The position numbers and the translations under genes were made by a program. A DNA stretch of 41,346 nt, from positions 1-41,346 of IMG/VR virus record IMGVR_UViG_2690316296_000007. One strand, written 5' to 3'. The notes under the pieces are model-generated. The model did no database searches and had not been told where the DNA came from. It was given only the letters and a program-made list of their open reading frames with translations. Origin of the DNA: a virus. Its lineage: Duplodnaviria > Heunggongvirae > Uroviricota > Caudoviricetes. This document shows positions 1-9,240 of this stretch, piece after piece; the first letter of the stretch is position 1, and each line of letters opens with the position of its first letter.

Positions 1-301
1 CTATTGCTGGGTAAGATCATTACGACTTGCATAGCCAATGAAGATAAATGTGACGACAAACGGCGCAGCAGTCTTCTTTTCCTTCATACTTTCCCCACCC
101 AGCATGCATACCTTCTACCATAACTGTAGTGAATGTCTGTTATGAGCGAGAAGCGGAAGTTCGTAATTATTATCAGTACAGTGCACCACTAATTATTTTC
201 ACACTGAAAGCATTAAGGTGTGAAGAGGGTTTTTATGCTTGATTTAATTATAAAATTGCAGGAAAGTGACCTTGTATCAGCTGATGATGAGTGAGTAAAA
301 A

Positions 302-1681
302 ATGTGGGAAGATAAGTATATTTGTCATAAATGCGTGAACGATAAATATGTCATGCAGCATATAATAAAAACTGGAAATAATTTTCAGATTTGCTCTTAC
401 TGCAAAAGGAAGCGTAAAAACATCCACCTCAAATATATTCTCAAGATGATGAATGAGGTTTTTGAGTACTACTATGATATATATGAGGATATCTATGATT
501 CCGGGCGCGGTGATAGCGCGCAGGATGTCATCTACGGAGAACTGGGCGTCGAATGGGACGTAGCTGAAGATATTTATGAATTTCTTTGTGATGAATATAA
601 TCCGCATAACGATTATGACTACATCCGGTATAATGACGGGTTTCTTTATCGGCACATAAATCACTATAGCGGAGAGCTTGCGCATACCTGGAGTAAAGCC
701 ACTGACTCCCTTATGAAAGAAACACGATATTTTAACCGTGAAGTTAATGATTTCCTAGATTCACTTTTCAGTGATATCGATAAACTAAAAAACAGAGACA
801 GTAATTCACCGATAAAAACTCTGACTGATGAGGTTCATCTTTTTCGTGCAAGGGTTTTTGAGGACCAAGAGGAAGTAAAGCAAGCCTTGGAGCATCCCGA
901 GAAAAATTTTGGACCTCCCCCAACAACTTTGGCTCGCTCGGGCCGTATGAACGCACAGGGGATTTCAGTATTTTACGGTGCAACCTCAGTGAATTTGGCA
1001 ATTGCTGAAGTAAGGCCGCCCGTCGGCAGTATTGTAGTAACGGCCTGTTTTGTACCGTTACGCGAGCTAAAAGTGCTGGACATTTCTGCCCTTGACTCGA
1101 TTAGTTTCGGCTCAGGTAGTAAATTTGATCCTCAGACTCGCAAAACCAGTGAGCGCGCGATTTTTTTCAGTACGCTTTCCCGTAAGTTGACGCTTCCTAC
1201 TTTTGGAAAAAGGCAGGACAGTGATTACCTCATCACCCAAGTGGTTGCCGATTACCTAGGTGACCGAAATAAATTTAAGCTTGATGGTGTCAGCTTTAAA
1301 TCTACCCAGGTAGATGCCAACGGTGAGGATGCTGAGACAGGATATAATGTCGTTCTGTTTAATAAGTCTTCCGGCGTCAGGCATGCCGCAGATAAATCTC
1401 GCCGATATAATGTTGAGATGTATGAACACATCGAAGATGACCAGTATGCTTTTGTTCCGGAAATTCAGTTGATAGTTGAGGAACAAATAAAACCGAGACA
1501 TATGGGTTCATTTTCATCCTCGCATGACAAAAATGATGCACTACTGTTGAAAACCAACAGTATGACTTATCATAAAATTACTGGTGTAAAATACCAAACA
1601 AGTGAGACGGAGATTCATCAGGGAGATAGCGTTCGAAAACAAGAGCCACCTCAGAAATTCGATGACCTGATTGACTTCTGA
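302..1681 (+). CDS. RES-domain protein with N-terminal zinc-ribbon-like extension (candidate NAD-targeting toxin/defence effector)
   Basis: 459-aa ORF; N-terminus has two CxxC pairs (CHKC ... CSYC); central segment HLFRARVF ... SGRMNAQGISVFYGATSVNLAIAEV fits the RES-domain pattern (conserved Arg, then GRxN...Y...A..E); AT-rich relative to the structural genes. Confidence 0.6.
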   Translation: MWEDKYICHKCVNDKYVMQHIIKTGNNFQICSYCKRKRKNIHLKYILKMMNEVFEYYYDIYEDIYDSGRGDSAQDVIYGELGVEWDVAEDIYEFLCDEYNPHNDYDYIRYNDGFLYRHINHYSGELAHTWSKATDSLMKETRYFNREVNDFLDSLFSDIDKLKNRDSNSPIKTLTDEVHLFRARVFEDQEEVKQALEHPEKNFGPPPTTLARSGRMNAQGISVFYGATSVNLAIAEVRPPVGSIVVTACFVPLRELKVLDISALDSISFGSGSKFDPQTRKTSERAIFFSTLSRKLTLPTFGKRQDSDYLITQVVADYLGDRNKFKLDGVSFKSTQVDANGEDAETGYNVVLFNKSSGVRHAADKSRRYNVEMYEHIEDDQYAFVPEIQLIVEEQIKPRHMGSFSSSHDKNDALLLKTNSMTYHKITGVKYQTSETEIHQGDSVRKQEPPQKFDDLIDF

Positions 1682-1905
1682 TCATCCGTTATATCAGGGT
1701 AAACTATTATTAAAGATGATGTGAGGGCAGTTAAGGAAGGAATTCACCCGGTATCGCGTTACTGGCGTCCCTTGATACCAAGCGGGCAGATTGCTGAACA
1801 GACACGTCTGTTTGAGCGAGGAGTTGGCTTTGTAGAATGCTTCAAGAGATAAAAACGCCTTATTTACGCAACTTGCTGCGAAAGGACCATGGCTTTGCTA
1901 GCTTC

Positions 1906-1945
1906 GGCACAGAGCGGACTGTCAGATTAGGCTTTACTCTGTGCC
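1906..1945. repeat. Hairpin motif copy 1 (GGCACAGAGCGGAC core; 9-bp inverted repeat ggcacagag/ctctgtgcc)
   Basis: Shares a 14-nt core with the copy at 3104..3127; sits in a GC-rich island between AT-rich cassettes. Confidence 0.4.
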
Positions 1946-2335
1946 ATAGATATGTAAGCTCACACCAGAGCTCATACAACTTCTTGCGGCATTTCCGGCC
2001 ATTCAGGATTTGCAGGATCCACACGACTGACCAGAACGCTGTAGCGTTCCCATGCCTCCAGTCGACTGCGCTCCTCATCTGTTGCCATATTCAGCCTGAC
2101 AGCGCGCTCCAGCGGCAAAATCACGGATTCAGCATCTGCTAGAAGTCTGGCTTTCCGATAGCCCATTTAAAGGATAACTTCCAAAGCAGTGGCAACTAAC
2201 ACTATTTATATCATGAGCAAGGCTTTTCCAGTTTTCATGCTCTCAGGGCATAAAAGTATCAACTATTTCTAATCCATGCCGATACTAACAAAAATACCAC
2301 CATAAAATATAATTAAGAAAATGTTAAGGATCTAC

Positions 2336-3010
2336 ATGAAAAGCTATTTAAAAGGTGTTTGGGAATACTTCGCGAGTCACATGTTGTTTATGTATCTCGG
2401 CTCAGTCTCTTTTGCATGGATTGATATCTGGTTTTTTAAAAAAATTGAACCATCAACAATTACTGCAACAGTTTCAACAATAACACTTGGACTAGCGATT
2501 TATGCATTAACAAGGGTAAATGAATGGATTAAAAACAAAAAATCAGAAAAGGCTTTCGAGAGAACTACATTGTTCATCGACAGCATGTTTCGATCAAAGG
2601 ACTTAAATCATCAATGTTATCAATCACTTATTTCTATACAGCCAAGAATAAAAAGTGAGAACCCCATACTCTACAAGCATCTCACTACAAGTGGGAGGGA
2701 GTTACTTTCTGAGTCAAAAGATTTACGATTCGAATTAGTTGCAATTCGGGATAGTTTTGGTTTGTGGAAAATCAAACCTAATCATTCAGACCTTCTAAAT
2801 AATCTCATCACCACCTACACTGCTCTTGTTGCACAATTTAATATCATTTATATTTTAATTGATGAATTAGAGCGTGGTGAAAGGGTAGTTTCTGAGTCAT
2901 CATGGGATAGTTATATCGGAATGATGGCAAGCGCTTATTCAAATTACCATGATCAGTTCGAAATATTCAAAGATTGTAGCTACAATGAACTTTTTAAAAT
3001 CATTAAATAA
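2336..3010 (+). CDS. Hypothetical membrane protein (two N-terminal TM helices)
   Basis: ORF 2321..3010; the ATG at 2336 is preceded by AAGGA; hydrophobic stretches SHMLFMYLGSVSFAWIDIWFF and TATVSTITLGLAIYAL; AT-rich. Confidence 0.45.
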   Translation: MKSYLKGVWEYFASHMLFMYLGSVSFAWIDIWFFKKIEPSTITATVSTITLGLAIYALTRVNEWIKNKKSEKAFERTTLFIDSMFRSKDLNHQCYQSLISIQPRIKSENPILYKHLTTSGRELLSESKDLRFELVAIRDSFGLWKIKPNHSDLLNNLITTYTALVAQFNIIYILIDELERGERVVSESSWDSYIGMMASAYSNYHDQFEIFKDCSYNELFKIIK

Positions 3011-3103
3011 TAATTGTCGTGTATTGCGATCATATCACCAGCGATACCCATGACATTATGGTGACCTGCTCTCCATTGATTAACACATTGTGATGTCAGT
3101 AAC

Positions 3104-3127
3104 GTCCGCTCCTGGCACAGAGCGGAC
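3104..3127. repeat. Hairpin motif copy 2 (gtccgctc-ctggcaca-gagcggac), between convergent cargo genes
   Basis: Perfect 8-bp stem; tccgctcctggcaca is shared with the copy at 4646..4668; may act as a bidirectional terminator. Confidence 0.45.
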
Positions 3128-3203
3128 GATATCACTGAGCTGAAGGTCCGCTGAGAGCGAGGAGCAGAAGTTATATTAAAAATTAATTAGCACGTTGATT
3201 TAA

Positions 3204-4502
3204 TCACCATGAAGGATAATTAGGTTTTTTTCCTCTTAAAAGAGATACTTTGTCAATTATCTCAACAGAAGCAGTTCTATAATCCTCCTGCTGAAGTAGG
3301 TGAACTGCATAATCTCTCAATTCTTGCAAAGTGGAAAAGCCGTTACTTTCGATGAGTATTATAATTATCTTAATATACTTAAAGATTTGTTCAGAGGATT
3401 CGTTCGCGTTGACGTTAAGTTCGTAAAAATCTTTACCATCATGAACAAGCTTGTTTCTTACGTCAGTATATAACTCGTCATAAACTTCTAGGTTTTTCTT
3501 AAATTTGATTAGTGAGTTATTACATGTAAGTGCTGCAATGTAGGTCCTTTGCTTCCATCCTTTCCAATTTGGGTCAATATTAGCAAGACCATCAAGTGCA
3601 AAGACTAGGTTTAGAAATTGTGATTCCGCGCCAATTGAATAAAAAGATTGCCTACATGCCCTAACTACGGAGCTAACTAATTTTGAAAGTTCATTTTCAA
3701 CGACTCCATCGTAGATAGAAGATAAATATTGCAACCCAGGGTAATACAAGCTGTCAACCTGAGGGCCTAGCCAATTATTACTCACAGCAAGGGGTCTTGA
3801 TATTCCACTTATCTTAATTGGTTTAAGATGAGTCCTCTCACGAGGAATGATTTCTACATCATAAAATCCGTCAGAGCGTTGACCTGCAGGATTAGGGGTA
3901 TATTCCATACGTGTAAATGAGCTGTGAGAAAATCTGACTAAATCAAGCGCATATTCAGCTATAGATAAACACATGTTTATAACATGGTTGTTATGATCAA
4001 TGCTTGAATTAAGTTTTAATAAATCAATATATGGTAGGTCACAGTTAAACTGTATATACGAACCATCTTGCTCTGATAATCGCTTATGTGACTCTTCATC
4101 AAATTGTCTTCCGCAATAAAAAATATACTTTCCGATCTCGATGGTTTCCTGAATGAAAATCTTCTCAATCGGCACAATAACTATGCACTCCATATTTTTG
4201 TTTTTACCCTCTAATTCAGCTAATTCTAGGTTAGAGCTTCTTGATTTAGCTAACTCTATTTCTACCCACTCAAAGCATATTGAGAAGTCTTCTAGAATTT
4301 CGATACTGCTTTTTTGATAACTATCCTTGGTATATTTAAATGTAATGCCATCTCCTTCAGGATAGGCACTGGCCCAATATCCCATATCTCTTAACTTTTT
4401 TAGAGATGTTGAGATATCGTCGACTTTATTAATAAAATCCTCTTTTCGCCATAAAACATTGCCAGTGTAGTTTTCGTACGGTGGTATTAAACGAGCTTTC
4501 AT
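3204..4502 (-). CDS. Hypothetical 432-aa cargo protein with Rx4H (HEPN-like) motif; candidate abortive-infection effector
   Basis: Long AT-rich ORF with AAGGAAG 6 nt upstream of the ATG; C-terminal region contains RNKLVHDG (R-x4-H); flanked by the repeated hairpin motif. Confidence 0.5.
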   Translation of the reverse strand: MKARLIPPYENYTGNVLWRKEDFINKVDDISTSLKKLRDMGYWASAYPEGDGITFKYTKDSYQKSSIEILEDFSICFEWVEIELAKSRSSNLELAELEGKNKNMECIVIVPIEKIFIQETIEIGKYIFYCGRQFDEESHKRLSEQDGSYIQFNCDLPYIDLLKLNSSIDHNNHVINMCLSIAEYALDLVRFSHSSFTRMEYTPNPAGQRSDGFYDVEIIPRERTHLKPIKISGISRPLAVSNNWLGPQVDSLYYPGLQYLSSIYDGVVENELSKLVSSVVRACRQSFYSIGAESQFLNLVFALDGLANIDPNWKGWKQRTYIAALTCNNSLIKFKKNLEVYDELYTDVRNKLVHDGKDFYELNVNANESSEQIFKYIKIIIILIESNGFSTLQELRDYAVHLLQQEDYRTASVEIIDKVSLLRGKKPNYPSW

Positions 4503-4645
4503 ATAACTTCCTTATTATCCAAGAGGATGTGACTGAAATTTTTATCAGACTTATCTACAATAATATAAATTGACATGAAAAATCTACTCAACAATTAACC
4601 GTTATGATTTGCTTGCGACGACTAAAACATGCCGATGGGTCGCAT

Positions 4646-4668
4646 CCGCTCCTGGCACATAGCAGTCC
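4646..4668. repeat. Hairpin motif copy 3 (ccgctcctggcacatagcagtcc), degenerate
   Basis: About 19 of 24 positions identical to copy 2; lies between the pin 3' end and the 3204..4502 gene. Confidence 0.4.
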
Positions 4669-4834
4669 GAGAGACAGTGGCGTAAAGTCATGGAGGATCG
4701 GTGGGAGGAGGCGCTAATCCTTTCATACAAAAAATATGTAAAATCAATAACGGCTGTAAATCATTCAATACTCGCACTATCGGAAGTTCACCAGCCAACC
4801 GCAGCACGTTCTTGCATACGACGAGCCTGCGGTT

Positions 4835-5389
4835 TCATTTATCTCCGACCGGAAACATCTTATACAGTGTCGATACACCAACATCATAGATGATCGCTAC
4901 CTTCTGGCGAGGAATTCCTGCTGCAATTAATCGTCCGGCCTGCTCCCATTGTTCTGGTGTAAGTTTGGGGCGACGTCCACCAATTCGTCCCTGTGCGCGA
5001 GCAGCTTCCAGTCCAGCTTTTGTTCGTTCAACAATCAGTTCACGCTCCATTTCAGCCAGGGCACCCATCACATGAAAGAAAAAGCGCCCCATTGGGGTAC
5101 TGGTATCAATTGAATCCGTCAGACTACGAAAGTTGATGCCTCGTTCGCGCAACTCCTCCACCAGCACGACAAGATGCCGCATACTGCGCCCCAGTCGGTC
5201 CAGTTTCCAGACCACCAGCGTGTCACCTGCCGATAATGTCCTGAGCAGCTTTTTCAGTCCTGGTCTGTCGGACTTTGTACCGCTTATCTTGTCTTCAAAA
5301 ATCAGCTCACATCCTGCACAGTTCAGCGCATTACGTTGTAGATCGGTATTCTGGTCATTTGTTGATACACGTACATAGCCAATAAGCAT
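4835..5389 (-). CDS. pin: Serine-recombinase DNA invertase (Pin/Gin/Hin/Cin family)
   Basis: N-terminus MLIGYVRVSTNDQNTDLQ with the catalytic Ser in the YVRVS context, resolvase-like core, C-terminal HTH; start moved to the ATG at 5389 (track ORF extends to 5425). Confidence 0.9.
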   Translation of the reverse strand: MLIGYVRVSTNDQNTDLQRNALNCAGCELIFEDKISGTKSDRPGLKKLLRTLSAGDTLVVWKLDRLGRSMRHLVVLVEELRERGINFRSLTDSIDTSTPMGRFFFHVMGALAEMERELIVERTKAGLEAARAQGRIGGRRPKLTPEQWEQAGRLIAAGIPRQKVAIIYDVGVSTLYKMFPVGDK

Positions 5390-5415
5390 GTTAAATCCCC
5401 CTGGTAAAAGCAGGA

Positions 5416-5952
5416 ATGATGCCATTTGCTTGTTATTTCTTCATTTTCATAAACGTTGGTTTGGGAGAAGGTTCGGCATTACCCGTTGGTGTGCCTGTTC
5501 CGTGGCCTTCAGCCACTCCGCCAACAGGCTGGCTGAAATGCAATGGTGCGCCTTTTTCTGCCGAAGAGTATCCGGAACTGGCAAAAGTTTATCCGACAAA
5601 TAAATTGCCAGATTTACGCGGTGAGTTTATTCGTGGCTGGGATGATGAACGTGGTGTGGATAGTGGGCGAACTCTGCTTTCAGCGCAAGGAGATGCTATT
5701 CGAAACATTACTGGCGGTTTTGGTCAGTTGCGCGTAAACAGCGAAATAAATGCAATTGTTGATGTTCAAAGTGTGAGTGGTGCTTTTTACGGAGGTACCT
5801 CAGTCCGGAATAACATCAACGTATCTATGACATACGCTAATGACCGAAAAATCCGACAAGATGTTCACTTCTCGGCGGCAAATGTTGTTCCAACAGCAAA
5901 TGAAAATCGTCCACGTAACATCGCCTTTAATTATATTGTGAGGGCCGCATGA
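5416..5952 (+). CDS. Alternative tail-fibre C-terminal cassette (Sv'-like), silent in the present orientation
   Basis: Encodes NVGLGEGSALPVGVPVPWPSATPPTGWLKCNGAPFSAEEYPELAKVYP, typical of the variable fibre tip in invertible segments; the crossover site lies just inside its 5' end; no independent expression expected. Confidence 0.7.
   Translation: MMPFACYFFIFINVGLGEGSALPVGVPVPWPSATPPTGWLKCNGAPFSAEEYPELAKVYPTNKLPDLRGEFIRGWDDERGVDSGRTLLSAQGDAIRNITGGFGQLRVNSEINAIVDVQSVSGAFYGGTSVRNNINVSMTYANDRKIRQDVHFSAANVVPTANENRPRNIAFNYIVRAA
5449..5474. repeat. Invertase crossover site 1 (gix/hix-like)
   Basis: ataaacgttggtttgggagaaggttc; its reverse complement matches the site at 7301..7325 in a ~20-nt core (ttctcccaaacca[a/c]cgttt). 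Confidence 0.7.
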
Positions 5953-6554
5953 TGAATAAAGCTGTATTAAATAGTGAACTCATTGCCATAAAAACGGGAG
6001 ACATTATCATTTATAATTATGATGGTGAAACGCGTGAATATATTTCTACATCAACTGAATATCTCGCTGTCGGCGTCGGTATCCCGGCATGTTCTTGTTT
6101 GGATGCACCAGGTACACATAAAGCTGGTTATGCAATCTGTCGCTCTGTAGATTTAAATTCATGGGAATATGTGCCAGATCATCGCGGTGAAATCGTCTAT
6201 AGCACCGAAACAGGAGAATCGAAAGAAATCACAGCTCCGGGTGATTATCCTGAAAATACAACCACTATCGCCCCGTTAACGCCATACGATGAATGGAATG
6301 GTGAGAAATGGGTGACAGATACCGAGGCACAGCACGGCGCAGCAGTAGATGCAGCAGAAGCACAGCGCCAGTCGCTGATTGATACTGCAATGGCCTCCAT
6401 CAGTCTGATTCAACTGAAATTACAGGCCGGACGGAAGCTGACGCAGGCAGAAACAACCCGCCTTAACGCTGTGCTGGATTACATTGACGCGGTGACGGCA
6501 ACAGATACCAGCACAGCGCCGGATGTCATCTGGCCTGAACTGCCGGAGGCGTAG
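5949..6554 (+). CDS. Tail fibre assembly protein (partner of the silent cassette)
   Basis: 201-aa ORF directly after the alternative fibre tip; conserved Tfa-type C-terminus (DYIDAVTATDTSTAPDVIWPELPEA). Confidence 0.8.
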   Translation: MMNKAVLNSELIAIKTGDIIIYNYDGETREYISTSTEYLAVGVGIPACSCLDAPGTHKAGYAICRSVDLNSWEYVPDHRGEIVYSTETGESKEITAPGDYPENTTTIAPLTPYDEWNGEKWVTDTEAQHGAAVDAAEAQRQSLIDTAMASISLIQLKLQAGRKLTQAETTRLNAVLDYIDAVTATDTSTAPDVIWPELPEA

Positions 6555-6963
6555 GCCATTCAATATCTGGCGCACCGGAAGTATCGATCAGCTCCAGTGC
6601 GTCCAGATAATCCAGCCACAAATTATATTGCGCCAGTTCATCACCTTTCAGACGACCAATAGCGGCTTTACCGGGCCATTGCTTACTGTTCATGTATTCG
6701 TTGGCCTGATTAAGCAATAATTGCCTTTCTGATTCTGCCTGCTGAATAAGTTCTTCATGTGATGGTGGAGGTATTAGTGCCCATGTGGGTAATCCATTTT
6801 TTCCTGCAACACGAATTTTGTCATCTGGAGGCGTATTGATTGCAAATTCATTATAAACATCATCACTGACAGCCAGAGCATCATCTGGCCATGAATTTGC
6901 ATTAATGTAATCATCCTTAAGTGCAGGATTCACAAAAATGTTTAAAGATGGACTATAAAACAT
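6526..6963 (-). CDS. Tail fibre assembly protein (partner of the expressed fibre tip)
   Basis: 145-aa ORF directly after the fibre gene; Tfa-type C-terminus (DYLDALELIDTSGAPDIEWPTPP). Confidence 0.8.
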   Translation of the reverse strand: MFYSPSLNIFVNPALKDDYINANSWPDDALAVSDDVYNEFAINTPPDDKIRVAGKNGLPTWALIPPPSHEELIQQAESERQLLLNQANEYMNSKQWPGKAAIGRLKGDELAQYNLWLDYLDALELIDTSGAPDIEWPTPPAVQAR

Positions 6964-6964
6964 A

Positions 6965-7603
6965 TTACACCCCTATAGCGATATAACGACCTAATACAGC
7001 GTTTGCAGCAGTCGCTATGCTTGAAAAACCGCGGAACTGATTTGATGTAATTGCAGAAGCCGACAGGATTCCTGCGCCTGAAGGTGTATGCCCCACATGA
7101 CTAACTATCATTCCATAACATGCTGACGGAAAGGCAAAAGGAAAATCGTTAAGATATCCGGCATCTTCACCACCAGACCCACCAAATCTCGCCTGCCCCC
7201 ACTGAATAATCAGTGTTCTCCGGGAACCTGAAATAATTAACGGGATCGTTACATACCCATTCAGGCCAATGACACCAGATGCAGTGCCAGCCAGAGATAA
7301 TTCTCCCAAACCAAGGTTTTCGAGAGCCGTTTTCACCGTGCCATCCGATTTGATATCGCCAAACGGATTTTTGCGGCTTAACAGCAGCGCACGAAGCGCG
7401 GTAAGCAACTGGTCGTGCCGCCCCTTCTCCAGGCTGGCACCGGATGCCTCCACCACGCTGCAGAGCTCTTCCTGCAACATGTCAAAGTAGTCATCATCCA
7501 GATCGGTGGCAGGCGTGCCGGTCTGGGGGTTACCACGGGTAAAACCGTTCTTACCCGCGCCGAACTTATCCTTCTGCGCGGTTTTCGTGTCTATACGATG
7601 CAT
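6965..7603 (-). CDS. Side tail fibre protein (constant N-terminal part fused to the currently expressed variable C-terminus)
   Basis: 212 aa; GGAGT Shine-Dalgarno; the crossover site encodes LENLGLGE at about residue 95, the fusion point; size and layout like e14 StfP. Confidence 0.8.
   Translation of the reverse strand: MHRIDTKTAQKDKFGAGKNGFTRGNPQTGTPATDLDDDYFDMLQEELCSVVEASGASLEKGRHDQLLTALRALLLSRKNPFGDIKSDGTVKTALENLGLGELSLAGTASGVIGLNGYVTIPLIISGSRRTLIIQWGQARFGGSGGEDAGYLNDFPFAFPSACYGMIVSHVGHTPSGAGILSASAITSNQFRGFSSIATAANAVLGRYIAIGV
7301..7325. repeat. Invertase crossover site 2, inside the tail fibre gene
   Basis: attctcccaaaccaaggttttcgag; inverted relative to site 1. Confidence 0.7.
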
Positions 7604-7606
7604 GGA

Positions 7607-8191
7607 TTACTCCGGATATTTAAAAATTACGTAGGTATGCGACGGGCAGAGTTTGTTAAGCACGCACTCGACAACGGTGTCCCCCCAGATACGCAGTGCG
7701 GAATCACAGGGATCGCCACATGTCATCCAGGTGGTGTTGGTGGCGGCTGGCATGTTGACCTGCCAGTAATACCGCCATTCCGGCGCATTCACAGCGTCAG
7801 TACAGGCCGATGAGCAGGTGAACGTGCTTTTGTCGTATCGCGTGATGGCGGCATCTGGTCTGCCCAGGGCAGCAAGCTGTGCAAGATAAAAATCCTCGTT
7901 GATGCCACCCGCCAGGTTAACCTTCGCATCCAGCCGTTGCTGACGCTGGCGAAGGGTCTGTGTCCCTGCGGGATTACATTCATCCGGCAGGCCGCACAGA
8001 CGCTCCCAGCGATTTATCAGTTCGGTGGTGGTGCGCGGATCCAGCTCCCGCATCAGGGCATCCGCACGCTGATGAACACGAGTTAATGACGGTGCCGCAC
8101 CGGCAATCGCCGGATCGCTGGCTGACCACGCCGGACCGGGCGGCAGCAGCGCCGACAACAGACGGATGTAATCATCGTTTGTCACGTCCAT
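7607..8191 (-). CDS. Tail/baseplate protein (YmfQ / Mu gp48-like)
   Basis: 194-aa ORF between the baseplate J-like gene and the fibre gene; family call by position and recalled sequence character. Confidence 0.7.
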   Translation of the reverse strand: MDVTNDDYIRLLSALLPPGPAWSASDPAIAGAAPSLTRVHQRADALMRELDPRTTTELINRWERLCGLPDECNPAGTQTLRQRQQRLDAKVNLAGGINEDFYLAQLAALGRPDAAITRYDKSTFTCSSACTDAVNAPEWRYYWQVNMPAATNTTWMTCGDPCDSALRIWGDTVVECVLNKLCPSHTYVIFKYPE

Positions 8192-9240
8192 GAAATCGTC
8201 CCCAGAACTGCCAGCTCATTTTTTGCAATGGAGATATTGTCCGCTGGTGCAAGCAACTGATGGCTGTATTCCCCGTTCGCACCGGAAATCGCTTCACTGA
8301 TACGCGACACCTTCAGTTCTCCCTGCGGATAACCATCACGCAGCAGGAACGAACGCAACTCGGCGGTGATGGCAGCCCGTATTTCGGGTGTGTCCGGCGT
8401 CACGCGGATATGAAAATCCACAGTATGCGCCACCGGCCTGAACACATACAAATCAGAGCCTGCCACCGGGGCCAGTGGCCCGATATGTTGTCTTGCCGCC
8501 GTTTCCGTTGATTCTTCCGGAATGGGATTAATCAGGTCACTGCCGGCAATCATCACACCGACAGTCCCCGTTCCCATCCAGTGACGGTATGTCCATGCGC
8601 GGGTAATGCCGGGCACTTCTTTAGCCCAGACGACATAGTCCCCGTCAGCCCCGCCCTGCGGCGTCCAGTAATACCGCTCAATGACGCGGGCGCGCCACGT
8701 TTCCAGATCTTCAGTATCGAATCCGCCAGTCAGGGTATCTGCCACACCGGAAGACGGCAGACCATTCACCGGCGTGACCAGGATTAATGCCGTACCGTCG
8801 TCAGCGTTACCGACCGCGCCTGCAGTTGAGCAGGCGATCGGCACGCGCAGGACTCCACCTGAGCTGGTTGCATCAGAAGTTGCCGTGTACTGAACCAGGT
8901 CATCGCGCTGAATAACACTCCCGGCGGTCACCTTCAGGCCATCGCTGACACCTTCCCAGCGCATATACCCGCTGGCAGACGTGGCCCCCTTGCGCGGACA
9001 CCGTTTCATCGCAGCATGTCGCGCCAGCCAGGACTCATCGCACAGGTCAGGCAGCATGTTCATTGCCAGATAATCGATGTAACCGTAAACCGTATGCAGC
9101 GCCGCCGCATACACCTTTGCCCGCACGTCTTCATCCATGCGCCGGAGCGTGTCGCTGACGTCCAGCCTGGCGAATAAATCGTTACGGAGCATACTGATAT
9201 TTTCTGCCAGCGTCGGGCGCTGAAATTCACTGTTCGCCAT
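8182..9240 (-). CDS. Baseplate J-like protein (Mu gp47-like)
   Basis: 352-aa ORF in the conserved baseplate gene order. Confidence 0.75.
   Translation of the reverse strand: MANSEFQRPTLAENISMLRNDLFARLDVSDTLRRMDEDVRAKVYAAALHTVYGYIDYLAMNMLPDLCDESWLARHAAMKRCPRKGATSASGYMRWEGVSDGLKVTAGSVIQRDDLVQYTATSDATSSGGVLRVPIACSTAGAVGNADDGTALILVTPVNGLPSSGVADTLTGGFDTEDLETWRARVIERYYWTPQGGADGDYVVWAKEVPGITRAWTYRHWMGTGTVGVMIAGSDLINPIPEESTETAARQHIGPLAPVAGSDLYVFRPVAHTVDFHIRVTPDTPEIRAAITAELRSFLLRDGYPQGELKVSRISEAISGANGEYSHQLLAPADNISIAKNELAVLGTISWT

Larger units (their letters stand above)
5450..7325. other. Invertible tail-fibre segment (~1.9 kb), analogous to Mu G / e14 P segments
   Basis: Bounded by inverted crossover sites; holds two convergent fibre-tip and assembly-gene sets; invertase gene immediately adjacent. 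Confidence 0.75.

Noticed and set aside
1-87. 28-aa minus-strand ORF (MKEKKTAAPFVVTFIFIGYASRNDLTQQ) at the window edge
   Set aside because: Too short and unrecognised to call; could be a small membrane protein, but there is no supporting context within the window
248-685. 145-aa minus-strand ORF antisense to the RES gene
   Set aside because: Low-complexity, Ile-rich translation of an AT-rich region, fully overlapped by the better-supported plus-strand gene, with no ribosome-binding site
4690-4893. Two overlapping plus-strand ORFs downstream of pin
   Set aside because: They overlap the pin 3' end and the intergenic hairpin motif, have no ribosome-binding site, and their sequence is not protein-like
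5416-5461. ATG at 5416 as an independent start for the alternative fibre cassette
   Set aside because: The upstream codons are just open frame before the crossover site; the cassette is expressed only as a fusion after inversion
5133-5603. Plus-strand ORFs inside and upstream of the invertase gene
   Set aside because: Antisense frame artefacts of pin and of the crossover region
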